A stretch of DNA of 46,778 nt from Craspedostauros australis (taxonomy: Eukaryota): NCBI GenBank assembly GCA_030167865.1, contig JALAGF010004636.1, forward strand, positions 1-46,778. Direction: 5' to 3'. Below, one piece after another: positions 31,615 through 44,424 of the stretch (position 1 is its first letter; the number at the start of each line of letters is the position of its first letter). Under the pieces are notes generated by a model that saw only the letters and a list, made by a program, of their open reading frames with translations, had not been told where the DNA came from and searched no databases. A program made the position numbers and the translations under genes.

Positions 31615-33974
31615 GGACACAGCGACAGACATTGCCAGAATGTTCTATCTCTGCCCCTCGCGACAGCAGACATCATTTACATGTTTATTACATTCTACAA
31701 GAATTAAATACAACTAGAGAGACATCAGAGGAACAGACAGACATGTTGTAACCCGCAGCGCGGAGCATGTTCGGAAGAGGATTGCATCCTAACTTCATCC
31801 CGTAGCTGCATCAGCCAACACAAACTTTGAACTCGTGAATGAAACCTACACACGAATAAAACCCTGTGTTCGAACTTGGTCGTGTGCGGTTTTCAATCAC
31901 AAAGACAAGTTGTGTGTGACAAGCGAAAGATGCATCCAAGGCGAATCTGTGAATGCGAGAACCTTCACGGGAAACAACCGGCTGCGCAATGCAATCGAAC
32001 ACACACATGACCAACGAAACAGGTGCCTGGATCCATCGCCATCACCAGTACCAACAAGATTGTCGCGTCGCATCGTGCTGTGTCGTGCAAGGCGATAATC
32101 GCGGATGTCGTCATCATCCCTGACCAGACCATGACTGCCAACGACGATCCGCAGAAGCGCGATGGCAGAGACCGGTGGATTCTGCTAGTGCGTCATGGCT
32201 CGAGAGTCCTCGCGGAATGGCGCACGTGGTCGAGACACCCATCGGTTGAGGAACGCAACGATGGAGCAACGATGAAGCAACGATGGCGGCAGGTTGTACT
32301 GGTCGGCAACGACCGATTGCGGACCCAGAGATTGTTCTGAAATCATGCTAGTTTCATGTGGTGTGATCTGGAGAGTCAACTGCAATAGAATAGTTGGTGA
32401 ACGGTACGACTGCACCAAACTGAGCGAGTCGCTTTGTTGGCCTCGCAGAGCACCGAGCAGCAGGGCATGGGAGCGTAGGAAGTGACAGCAGCCAAATTGA
32501 TTAGAAGCAAGGACGATGGAGGAACAGCGCACCGAGAAATCCAAGCGGACTTTGAGTGTCGCCGCAGCGAGCCTTCGGCGGAACGAAAGTTGCCGGCTAT
32601 CGTGGCCGTTTGTCGTTTGGAAACATTGTTGTAGTTGCCTCCGGTCGATGCGTTCATCGAGATCGACGCGAGATAGTGCAATCCATCATCGGAAAGTGGA
32701 TTGTGGGCATGGGGAGTGTGAGATTTGTGGGCGTTGGCGTAAGACATCCGTGATGTTGCAGAGCAAGGAGCAGGGTGCGTACTACTATGTGCAACGCGAC
32801 AGGACAAGGGTACGCTTAAGATACGTATGTAATGTCAAAGGTGGGAGGATAGCACGCGTCGAAGGAGGTATTTTCCTCCTCTCAGCAAGTTCGATGTCGA
32901 CCACCACTCCATTCGGCTCTTTGGTCGGTTGCCATCCTCCACTACTCCACCACACGATACCAGAGAGCGCTATCGGCTGGCAGACGCACACACGCAGCAG
33001 TTGCTATAATAAATGTATGAAGCGGTGTGCAATAGATGTTGTAGGCCTGTCTTGGGGGTATGGTTGACCTCAGGCAGCGCCAAACATTGTTGGCACCATG
33101 GATACGAGGACGAACTACACGCTAGGAGCAAATGGCCCAGCATTGTTCTCCGAAGGGGACATGAAGCAGTCGACCCAAACTCTCTCTCTCTCTCTCTCTC
33201 TGGCACCCTGCGCTTGACAGGATGCTGCATGTTGCATGCTGCACGTCGCATGTTGACCGCTGTGAAGGAAAAGCACAAACACAAGAGGGATTCGCTCCGA
33301 GCGTCCTAAATCTTGACTCTGAGTGAACGTTGGCGCAACATCCCAGCCCACCACCCTCTCAGGGTGCTTATTTGGCCTCGCCAGAGTATGACCGTCGAAA
33401 GACCAAGGGTTCGTGGGTGTATGATGCACTCCAGCGTACGAGTCCAACCACCACCTCGCGTTCGACAGCAACGCACAACACAAAGCGGACCGCGAAGCCA
33501 ATGTATCAACCAAGACATCATGTGTCGCGATGGCGCGCTACAACAAGGTCATAGGACATCGTGCGGACGAAGACAGGCATGGCGAAATCCAGGAAATATC
33601 ACTGGCGTTCTCCCATGCACGATCAATTTTCTGGTGTCGTGTTTGGGGCACCTTGTGGCATGCAAGAAGGAGGAACAACACAAGACCGGTGAGGACTGCA
33701 TTGCTGCATGGTAGGAAAGATACCTTTTGTGCGCAACAATCATGAAGGTCCACACGACATCAACCCTTTCATTTTTGATGCCACAGAGCACGAGGGCAAC
33801 GCGCAGAGCACCCAGACACCCAAACATCCCCACAATTTGCAACCAGCGAAAACCCAATCACACCTCGCGAACCCACAAACAACACAGAGCAGCAAAAGAT
33901 TCGTCACCAACCAGACACAAATCAAAGATCACACAACCGCAATCCCATAATTCAACAACAACAACAACACCAAC

Positions 33975-34958
33975 ATGACAGGCTCCATTTCAAGATATTC
34001 TGGCGATGCCGTGATCACCCATGATGATAGCTCAACGTCGAGTCTGAGCAGCAACAGCAGCAGCAACAGCACCGCCCAGCATCACGGCGCAAGACACCCA
34101 CGGTCACGATCCATCTCGATTCTGCCATCAACGTCAATCATGGTTGACAAGGCTGCAAAGAAGCCACATCGCCAAACGACCAGACGGGTGGTGTCATTCA
34201 AGCTCCACGCCGAAACGCATTACATCCCAGCCAAGGATACACCACAATCGGCAGAGGAGAAGCACGCGCTCTACGCCAACGTCGCCGACCTCAAGGCCTA
34301 CAAGCATCAGGCCGCGGAGGACTTCAAATATTTCAAAAGAACAACCCAAAACCAGCGCGATCTCATGATGCTCTTTGGCGACGATGGCATGTCCGACCAG
34401 ATCTGCGCACGCGGCCTGGATGCTGTCGACAAATGCATGGTGCGCATCAAGAGTGCCAACCGTGCCAAGACTGTCCGTGCTGTCTTGCGTGTCCAGGAAC
34501 GATGCAACGATTCCCCGCACATTTCATTTCGCGAGACTGGACACCGGATCGCATCCGAATGCGCCACAACATCGGCGCATTGCGTACAACGCGCCATTCA
34601 GCTTGGAATGGACGATGCGAATGACATGGACGTTCAAATCTACCGTGAGCAGGGGATGAAGTACTTCAAGACCTGCATGCTGCACAAATCCAAGGGTCTG
34701 CGCCGCCTGTTGCCAATCAAGCTGAGCCATTCCACGCCACCTCGTACTGCCAGCAGCAGTAGCAAAGGCAGCAGGAGCAGCAGCAAGAGCAGGAGCAGCG
34801 GCAAGACCAACGACGATAATGGAAGCAACCACAGAAGAAGTATCTGGAAGCGTCTGCTGAGAAAGAAGGCCGGACAGTGCGCACTAATCACCGCAACTCA
34901 GCATGGCTCGTTCAGCGACATTCCAAAATCGTCACTGCGAAGCCAGCTTTGCCAGTAG
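33975..34958 (+). CDS. Diatom-type hypothetical protein of the 'VxF...CxRGLE' family
   Basis: 327-aa ORF after an ACAACACCAAC ATG leader: RRVVSF...HYIP...EEKHALY...CARGLD...VRAVLRVQ...IASECATTSAHCVQRAIQLGMDDA. Confidence 0.82.
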   Translation: MTGSISRYSGDAVITHDDSSTSSLSSNSSSNSTAQHHGARHPRSRSISILPSTSIMVDKAAKKPHRQTTRRVVSFKLHAETHYIPAKDTPQSAEEKHALYANVADLKAYKHQAAEDFKYFKRTTQNQRDLMMLFGDDGMSDQICARGLDAVDKCMVRIKSANRAKTVRAVLRVQERCNDSPHISFRETGHRIASECATTSAHCVQRAIQLGMDDANDMDVQIYREQGMKYFKTCMLHKSKGLRRLLPIKLSHSTPPRTASSSSKGSRSSSKSRSSGKTNDDNGSNHRRSIWKRLLRKKAGQCALITATQHGSFSDIPKSSLRSQLCQ

Positions 34959-35305
34959 GCGAGGCACCAGCAATGACTCAATGAATACAAATAGAAACAG
35001 TACGTACTCTCTAATATAATTGAGTTAGTTGAATTAATGAATGATATTGAGCGTACTCTACTTGTGTTTGCTGAGTACTTGTTGAAGTACTCTATTGTGT
35101 TCGTACATGGGTACATCGGTTTATGAGTTCTTGATTCTGGAGGTGCGGGCATCTATCGATCGTCGTCATCGCCAGCGGTGGCGGCCGAAGCGAATAATGT
35201 CGCTGCTGGTAATGCCATGGGAGCATGGCGACGCTGTTGGAGGCGGTCGTGATGCCATTCCGAAATGGGCAGGAAGTACTGCACATTTGCGTCGGTTCTT
35301 CTCTG

Positions 35306-35340
<35 letters not shown>

Positions 35341-35403
35341 TTAGTTTGCTGCCACAGTCTCTTTTCTGTTCGTGCTCCCTTGTTTTTGCGTTCCTGCCGG
35401 TCA

Positions 35404-38400
35404 CTACACGCTGATGCCTTGGCAGATACAACAAGCATCGTACGCCCTGCGGGAGTCAAGCCCGCGGCGTCGGCATCGTCGGAACGGCCGTCGCTCGACC
35501 CAGGCGCAATCCAGCGTGATGCCATTTCGGGTGCGGATCCACGATGCATCATCGACACACCCGCTCGTAGGTGTTTCCGATGGCATTGAAGATGGAGCCT
35601 CCGATAGGGTCTCTGATGGGGCCACCGAAGGGGCCGCCGAAGGGAATGAAAGATTCCTCGATCCAGTGATAGTTTTGGTTGGTGCTGCCGTCGGTTCTGC
35701 CGTTGGTCCGCTTGTGGGTCTGCTCGTTGGGCCGCTTGTAGGCCTGCTCGTCGGTGAGCGCGTTGGTCCACTTGTTGGGTTTGTTGTGGGTGCGCTTGTT
35801 GGACTTCTTGTTGGACCGCTCGTCGGGCCGCTGGTGGGCATGCCAGTTTGTGCTTTCGTTGGACTGTTTGTCGGTGTGCTGGTCGGTGCACGTGTTGGTC
35901 CGCTTGTGGGTCCGCTTGTTGGACTGTGGGTCGGGCTGTTGGTCGGTGACCTGGTCGGGTGCGTGGTTGGGAGCTGCGTCGGTTCGCTCGTGAGCCCACT
36001 GTAGGTGCCAAATCTTTGGGCCAACGCGTCAAGATACATGTCTCCGTATGCTCCGTACGTGATGTCCTGCGTGATATCGACCGGCAGGTTCGTGTCTTCC
36101 CCAAATACTGGCAGTAGCTGCGTATCCTCGTCAAATCCATTGAGCGAGTTGACGATGATCAGATCGTCCGTTTCGGAATCCAGCAGATACTTAGCTTTGT
36201 CGAGGGAATATTCGAACAGGCTTCCTTCTTCATCCCCCGCATTCAGCCGGCGCGAAAGGGCATCGAGCGTACCCCCGACAGCACGGTTGTTGAATCCGGG
36301 AGTCACGCTCGGCAGGTAGCTGCATTCGTTTCTCCATGCTGCAAGACGCCACTGCCTCTGTTTCTCATAGTACGCATCGACGGCGTCGGTGCCTGCGCTT
36401 CCCTTGGCGCCCAAGTCTCCGTACACGTCTCTGTTCATGATACCATCCAGAAGCTGCAATGCCTTGTCGTTACCTTCAGCAGGTGCAGGTCCCCACACGT
36501 GATCGCCGATCAAGTACATATCGTATCCCTTCGACGTGGCGACATTGCGAATCGCCAACGTGAGGTCCTCGAGGATGCCGCGCCTGTCGTGCACTCTCGT
36601 GAGCGAAAGGAAAAGGACAGGTCGGCCACCGACGCGGTAATAATTGTTGTTGGACGGATCGAAGTAGTTGTCGCAGATGTAGGCAACGTCTGCCTCCACG
36701 CGCACGGTGCTCCAATTGTCGCTCTGCGTGATGCGGGTGTGAATTTCGTAGAACAAGGCGACGCGGTGGTTGAAGAGATATTTCGATTGCAACACGCCAT
36801 TCAAGACGGATCTGTCGGTGCCGTGACCTGGCGAGATCCATGGCGTGATCCACAGGCTGATTCCGGCCTGCCTCGAATACTCCAGGTGCTGACGGATCAG
36901 GTCGGTGCCGCTCTGGCTATTTTCATCATCAAAGACGGCAATCGGTGTTGCCTGCTGCGGTTGCAACGCGTTGCGGTGGAATTGACTATTTCTGTAGTAG
37001 TCGACCGGCAACCATGGTTTGTAGAATGCGGCGACGTTTGCGATTGCTGGTGGGTCTGACATGAATTGAACCGGCAGCGGTGCCTGGATGGGTGGGCAGG
37101 TTGCTGGCAAACAGGTGTACGCTCTCAGCATGTTCAAATAGAGCTCGCCGTATCCTCGGTACTCAAGTCCCTGCGTCAGGATTTCTGGTTCCGTGCTTGG
37201 CTTGCCATCGCATGGCTCGATCTGCGTGTCCTCGTGCCATTCATTGAACTGCAAATCGAGACGAGCGGAATGGAATTATTTGAATGCGGTGTGTGGAGGG
37301 AGTGCGTGTGATTTTTGTTTGAGTATGGTGTGGTGGTGGACATGTGAGTGTGTGTTTGTGTGCAAATGAGGAAATGAATGTAACCGCACAACAAAGAGAA
37401 GAAAAATGACATCGTCACAACACAATTGACGAAAAGAGGACCAAAGGGATTATGGCGAAGAGCAACATCCATTTTTTAACTGCAACACACACGAATGGAG
37501 CATGTGACAATGCGGGTGGCAAGTGCCACAAAATGCCGTTGATCAAATTTGAGCACATGTGCCAACCATCCATGCACGAGTTGTGTACTTGTATACACAT
37601 ACTTACCGAGTTGACGATCATGAAATTTGCTGCCTTCGGATCGGTCAACATCGGAGCTTGTTCCAGCTGAGCGGCGAAGAGAGTTCCGTGCTCGGACGTC
37701 TCGTGGAGCTTGCGAGAAAGCGCGGCGTTGTCGGATTGCAGACGGACACCGCGGTCGTTGTATCCTGGTGAGATGGACGGGATGAAGCCAACGCCTCTCT
37801 TCTCGGCCTGCAATTTCCACTGCGCCGCGTTGGCGAAGTGCCTGTCCAGCAGCTCCTGACCGGCGTAGCGCGGACGACCGATGTTACCGTAAATGTCGTA
37901 GTTGGTGACACCGTCCAGCAGATCGAAGGCCGAGTACGTTTCGGCGTTGGCAGGCGCCTTGCCCCACACCTGATCTCCGAGCAGGTAGAAATCGACGTCG
38001 CAGTTGTTGCGCATGGTGGACACGAGCTTGTCGAGCACGCCTCGGTGGTAGAAGAGTCGCGTGAGGTAGACGGTGAGCACCGGCTTGCCGTTGATGCGGA
38101 AGTAGTTGGGATGGTCGAAGTACTTCTGCTCCTGACAGATGTACTGCATGTCCTTGACGACGTTGTCCATGTTGAAGTTGTCGCGCTCCTTGACGCGCCC
38201 AGCGGTCTCGTAGAAGAAGGAGATCTTGTGATCCTGCAGGTCCTTGTGCGGCAGAATGACTTCGCGCAGGGTGCGGTCCTCGGGCGATCGGTACCCCCAC
38301 CAAGACGCGACCCACACCTTGATGTTGGCCTGTCTGGACCAGTCCAGGTGCTGCTGGATGACCTCGGGTCTGGTGTCATCGTATTCGCCGAGGCGGATCT

Positions 38401-38668
38401 CGTGGCGTGGAGTCATCTCCGTGCGCATGTAGCCGATCTTCTGATCGAAGTGGGCCTTGTGCCAAGGATAGTAGAAGGCGCCGACGGTGAGATCAGGCGG
38501 GATGGCCGATTGCGGATTGCCAGTGAATACGTTCTGCGAGCTGTCGTCGGAAATGACAGACTGCTGGCAGCACAGCAGCAGGAGGACCGTCAAGATCGTG
38601 GAGACGGAAAGCGAATGTTGCCGTCGGCGGTGAGGTTGGAGCTGTCGACCGAACATCATCGTTGTCAT
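35404..38668 (-). CDS. Secreted tandem GH99-like (endo-alpha-mannosidase/mannanase family) protein with a PT-repeat linker and a C-terminal Cys module, ~968 aa; exons 38668-37607, 37248-35404
   Basis: Hydrophobic leader; VGAFYYPWH, LGEYDD, QHLDWSRQANI..W..SWWG, SPGYNDRGVR. A gtaagt...cag intron joins VNS|FNEWHEDTQIEP. A second homologous domain follows (AAFYKPW...QHLEYSRQAGI...TPGFNNR). Confidence 0.9.
35565..35990 (-). repeat. Coding 12-nt repeats giving a (PTxx/PSxx)n mucin-like stalk
   Basis: PTRSPTNSPTHSPTSGPTSGPTRAPTST... within the GH99 protein. Confidence 0.9.
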
Positions 38669-40890
38669 CGTGGCTCTTTTGATTGAACGATTTGCTTCTG
38701 GGTGATTTCTCAACGTTGTGAGATTGCTGCGTTAAAGATCGGTCGCTCGATCGATGACGGAAAAGTATGTGCACTCGTCTGGTATTCCACTTTGCCACTT
38801 CTCTTCGTCACTCAGTTGTGTGTCCTGCGTCCTGCGTCCTGTGTGCTTACCACAGAAGCCGAGATCGATCACCGAGCGAACTGACTGGCTTTCCACCTTG
38901 TTGACGCGAAGAAGAAAACACAAAACAAAAATAAACCGACGACGACGACGACGAGAAATTACGGTCGGTGGGCGATCCATGTGAGGCGCGGCGACACGAT
39001 GTGAGGTGCTGCGGTGTGATGCCACATGCGAAGAGATGTTGTGATGAAGTGAGATGACACGCCATGATGTGACACATGAGGTGAGCTGTGTGTGGTTTTG
39101 TGCGAGTGGGCAATGAATGGTCATAGTTCTGGTCGGTGGGCAGAACTACGAAAGGACGAAAATTGGTGGGGCCATAAACGGAATCTTCGCGATTTTTGGT
39201 CACTCCGACCTGTTTCGGAGGAATCGTGTATGTGATATGTCGCATGCGACATGAATGGGCCTCTTTGACGTCAGCTTTTTGCATACAACGGACAAAGGTC
39301 CGGATGCTGTGGATATTTCATGGTGAACAAAATTGGCGACGTTGTTCTTCCCATCTCTGTTGTGGATATTGGTTTCTGTTGGTGCAACACCAACGTCGAG
39401 TGGAGCTGCTGACGATGTCACAAAGAACAGTTGCCACGAGCCTCCTGCTGTGAGGCTCATCATCGGCTTCCTCAAATTTTGATCTCTCTTCGCCTCTGCG
39501 TGTGCCACGACTTGTACCAATGCGAGCACGTGGGAACTCTCTCGGCACTCTCGTTTGCCTTGTGAGAGAGTCCAAGAGAGAGAGAGAGAGACCGTGATGT
39601 TGATGTTGATGTTGATGTTGATGCCCACGAGAAAAAGACAACATGGGCGCGGTCCTTTCCGTTCGTCGGCCATGGGCTCACCTATTGTCTCGCAATCGTG
39701 TGTCGTTCGACTTTCCCAACATCGGAGAAGGCTGTAAAAGGGAGCAGATCACACCACATGAACCAACCATCGCAAACGGATGGCCCACTTCGGTGGAGCA
39801 TTCATGTGTGTAATGGAACCCAAAAGACAGCGTGGAAACCGCACTTTCGAGGGTGGACATCCACACGCCACAGGGGTGAAGAAGCAGAGAGTCCGAGTTT
39901 GTCGCTTCGTCTTGGTTGGTGATTCAAGAGGCTCGTGCTCGACGATTTGCACTGTCTCTTCGTGATTTCTTCTTCTCGAAGATTGAAGATTGAAGATCAA
40001 TGCTTGAAGACCGATGCTTGGTCGATGGAACGCTTTTCAGCGCTGTGGTGTGATCCATGTGCCACTGCCGTGCAGAAATGGGAAGATCGTGGACCGGTGT
40101 CGCCGAAATGCCTCGGTTGGCCGAAGTTTCTGTGCATCGTCCCGCACTGCTCACAATTGTGTTTTCCAACCCAACACGATTCCCATCGCAGAAGCATCTT
40201 ATTCAAGTCATGGTTAATGTTGACTCAAACATGAGTCGAACGAGTCATAGAACGAGGAGAAATATAGACTTCCGCGATGATGATAGACTAGAGACTACGA
40301 ATCATTCAGTCCACTTTTGAAGTCTTTAGTGATACAGGTTGATCTCTGCGTATCGTATTCCGGCCGTGTCTGCTCCGCATGACATGGTAATCATTACTTG
40401 AGTACAAGCCATCTCTCTCCGCGTCCCCATTCATGGTCAAGGAGTGTGGTTGGGTTCGGAATGGCACAAGGATCATATGTGCTCGTTCATGCGTGCATAT
40501 TAGTACACCACTACAAGGCTTCTTGTTGGCCGTCGTGACGGCGGTTCCACGCCTTTGTTGATTTGGAAGGGGACGGTTGCATCAGGTGAAGACGTCTATA
40601 TCATTTTGGGAGGAATCCGTGGTTGCCCTCTGTTGGTGATGGATCAAGTCTTCAAGAGTGGTTCAAATACAAAGATGGATTATACATGTATGTACGTGAC
40701 GCGGAACGAAATGTATTGAAGGTGGAAATGTGATGCCTTGTGCTGTGTTGGTGATGCGGGGTGTAGCTTGGAGTAGAGGAGAGTAAACAAACCGAGTCTC
40801 TAGCCTCTTGGAGCGTCGTGCGCACACCGAACGTACGAAGTCTATCTCTCGAGGTTTCCGCAAACGTGTGGATCAATCATGATGAGAGCA

Positions 40891-42674
40891 TCACGACGAT
40901 TCAGTAGCCTCGGATTCCTCCTCGGACGATGTGATGGCTTGCCGTCTTCCGAAACCGTCAGTAACTTTGACATTGGTCCCACCATCGTTGCATTTGTCAT
41001 ACGCGTCGTCACCATCGTTGTTGCTGCTGTTGCTGTGTCGGATGTTGGATTCAACATCCGCAACATCCAACATATTCGTGTCATCATTGAAGCTCTTCTG
41101 ATGCTCCATGTCGGCTGGTTCCAGACCGATGCTGCTGCGATACAGCTCATCCGATTTGACGTGGTGTGAGAAACGCTGTTCACCGCTGTCTCCCTGCCTC
41201 ATACTGGTGGTGGCGATGCGGGAATTGCTGTGCGGTGGCATCTTGCACCCTGTTCGAGCAGAACCACAGGACTGATGAATCCTCGACTCGCGCTTTGGCA
41301 GCTCCTCATCCGAGAGGGCACATCGCAGGATGTACGTTGCTGGTTCATTTGGCAGCGCATTTCGCCACTGCTGATACCGCGGCGATACGAAGATGATGAG
41401 GTTGAGCGGTGCAATCATGGATATGCAGGTGCTGACGAGGAAGAGATACACGAAGACGGCTGGATGACCGAGGTGGTCTTCTGCCTGGAACGCATTGATG
41501 AGAATCTGCGTGAGGAGGTTCCAAAACATCCAATTGAGGTATACCCTGTCATGGCAATTCAACGTGCCATAGTGCGGCGTATCGGAACGAATGGTGGGAC
41601 AGATCCACGTGTGCATGTTGAATCGAGTTGTGTGATGCGATGTGGAGTGATACAAATATCACGGAGAACAGGAGTTGAGATGTGAGTGAGAGATGTTGAT
41701 CAGAGAAACAATGGTTGTCCTCGTATAGTAGAGCTCATCGCCATCGAGTGAAAATCACTTATTTCACGTGATGAGGCAAGTCCAAGCAGCGCAAGCGAAT
41801 CATCCACCATGAAGGTACGCGCGCATACAGATAGTCTTTGCGTCGCCGCAAAGGACATACGAGCAGAAGACGTAGCACACGTATGTGACCGTACTAGTAT
41901 GGTATGCCTGCTTTGAACTTACAAACAATACAGCACGCACTGCCGTGTAACAGTGCGCTTGCGTTCCTGTTGCTGCTGCACCATCGCAGACGTCGTCATG
42001 GCATGCCGCATGCCTCTTGAGAGAGTTTGTTTGACTGTGCGGTGCAACATGTATGTGCACACGAAGCCGACGATGGCGATGATGAGCACCGATACGGAAC
42101 CTATCCTGCCAATGGCGGCCGAGATCGCCCCTCCTCGCTCGCATTCCACATCATTGTCGTTGATGCATCCGTCTGGGTAGTCTGTGATGTAGCACGTGCC
42201 CGTCAGTTGTATCGGACTGTAAGATTCCGTAGCCCAAGCAGATCCGGAGACTCCCACACTGAGGATGATGGTGAAACTGTGATAGAACGGCTCGATCCTT
42301 TTCACAACCATCTCTTCTGTCCACTTGTACTTGATCTGGAGGAGGAAGTTGATGGATACGAATGCGGTGTAAGACGCTGTTGCCGCTACCGAAGTGGTGT
42401 AGATGAAGCCAGACAGCGAGCACGTCATGTCGTTGCCCATGGCAAGCGGCCGACCTTCCACCCGATCTTCCGGCAGCATGAACGGCTGGACTATCTTGAA
42501 GAAAGAGAACATGATATCACCCAATGCCATGGATAGCAGGATCCTGTGGTAGATCTTGCTGAGATCTCGTTTGACCAGGATGATCATGATCGTGCTGCTC
42601 GCCAACGACAACAGGCTCGCCACGACGGACACGAGCGTGATGGTGATGTATTGCCAAAGCGGAAGAGTCGCCAT
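40891..42674 (-). CDS. 7TM GPCR-like protein (cAMP-receptor/Git3-like type), paralogue 1, 468 aa; exons 42674-41923, 41545-40891
   Basis: Seven hydrophobic segments; IYHRILL..GD, GNDMTCSLSGF, extracellular Cys (CYITDYPDGC..C), QCVLYCL|VYLN, TM7 LNLIIFVSPRY and a long polar tail. A phase-2 gtaagt...cag intron lies in TM6. Confidence 0.85.
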
Positions 42675-44424
42675 GATAAGTCAGTGGCAACGTTGTCGAT
42701 GAGAATCTGTCGCCTGAAGGTTGATGGTCAATGAAAGCTGTCAGTATTGGTGCAGCAGAGGTATCACCATGCAGTGGTTGCCAGTTGTCTGGAACGTATT
42801 CTATGATGGTTGTGCTTTGTCGTCGAATTGTGTTGGTGAAGTACGAGCGCGAGCTGTGGGATGGAGTAAGCTCCTGTGGTACCGCCTCTTATTGCTGCTC
42901 ATGTTGCTGCTCATGTTGCTGTTGTTGTTGCTGCGTGGTGTCCACCGCGAGTGGTCGCCATTCCAAGGTTGGTGTTGGTGTTCCTCTTCTTTGGCTTTCC
43001 CAGAAGAGGAACAGGAGGAGAGGATTGGTGTTTCTCGGCCTTCCTGGAGAGTGCTACTGTTCCTGGAGTTCGTGTAAATCGAAGGAACTTCAACATTTGG
43101 TTCGCCATTGCGATTCTCGATGACACAATTTGTCGGTGACAGCAAAATGCCTGTTAGCGCATAACCACGCCATTCTTTGACACTTCAGTCAGTTGTTAGC
43201 AACATGAAGCCTGCCCAAGGAATGTTGCAAATGACTGTTTCAATCCGGAAAACCTCAAAAGAAATCTGGTTTCGCATGTGACATCTGTATTATTATCAAA
43301 AACGAGGCTTTTGCACTTCAACGATATTTCACATAGTATCCCTGGTGTGATTGATGCATGGTCCAATCACGAACACTTCCATGACGCAATATAGGCTACG
43401 AAACTGAAGCTAGTCAGTGCCATTCACATTTCTTGAACTCTTCTGCGTTGCTGCTTCTGCAGATCAATCTATTGCACCCGCCTCTGCGACGAGCTATGCA
43501 TACCAATACACATATGAAAACAATAAAATCCCTGCCATTTGTTCTCACTCACTCTCTCTCTCTCTCTCCCCTCTGCTGTGGTCCGTCTTTATGCCAAGAG
43601 GATATCGTTGGATTTGAAATCGTATGCCAACAGTATTGCTATGCCTGGAACACGTTTAATACGTAGGCGCGTGGCCACCATCTTCTTGTTGCCCCATTCA
43701 GCCACTACATCGCTGCAGCGACGGTTTCATCACGTTGTTGATTTGTAACGATGTGGCTGCATCGGGTGGAGACGCCTGGCTGTTCTAGGAGGAATTCGTA
43801 GTCGTAGTTGATCGCGGCTGGAGGATCAAGTGTTCGGGCAACCTCGAGTACGAGCGCGAGTACGGTTGATGGATTGCGTCAGAGCTCGCCTTTCGTCGCG
43901 TTTGCGAGTACAGCCATTGTGGATAGGGAAGCGCCGATTGTGGAAGTAATGATCATTGCAGAAGAGTCCACCCTGCGTCGCCGGAATGCATTGTGGCAGG
44001 AACGCTGCCCATACTTGGACTCCGTCGATTCCGACGAATTCCTGGCATGGACCAACTTACCCGACTTACTCTATTCTACATTAATATAATAGTTAATACA
44101 GACACCATTGCTGGACGCTTTTTTACCCTACAGACAGTCCCTGCTTTTCCCGTGAAGGCAGAAACGGAGCCTACATCCATCGTGGATGTGTTGAATTGGT
44201 GCAAATGCAAACACGGAGGAGGTATTCCATGTACTTCCATGCATGGGGCATGAAGCGAAATGGAAGGAAAATGGACATGGCGATGACGCGTGTTGTGACA
44301 GTCACGTGGGGCAGTATGGAGCAAACCGAACCAAGACTCTGACCTGGTGGCATCGTGCATGTTGCCCGAATGTACAAAAATAGATCTCTCGAAGCATCTG
44401 CACGGATCAATCGTGACGCTGGTA

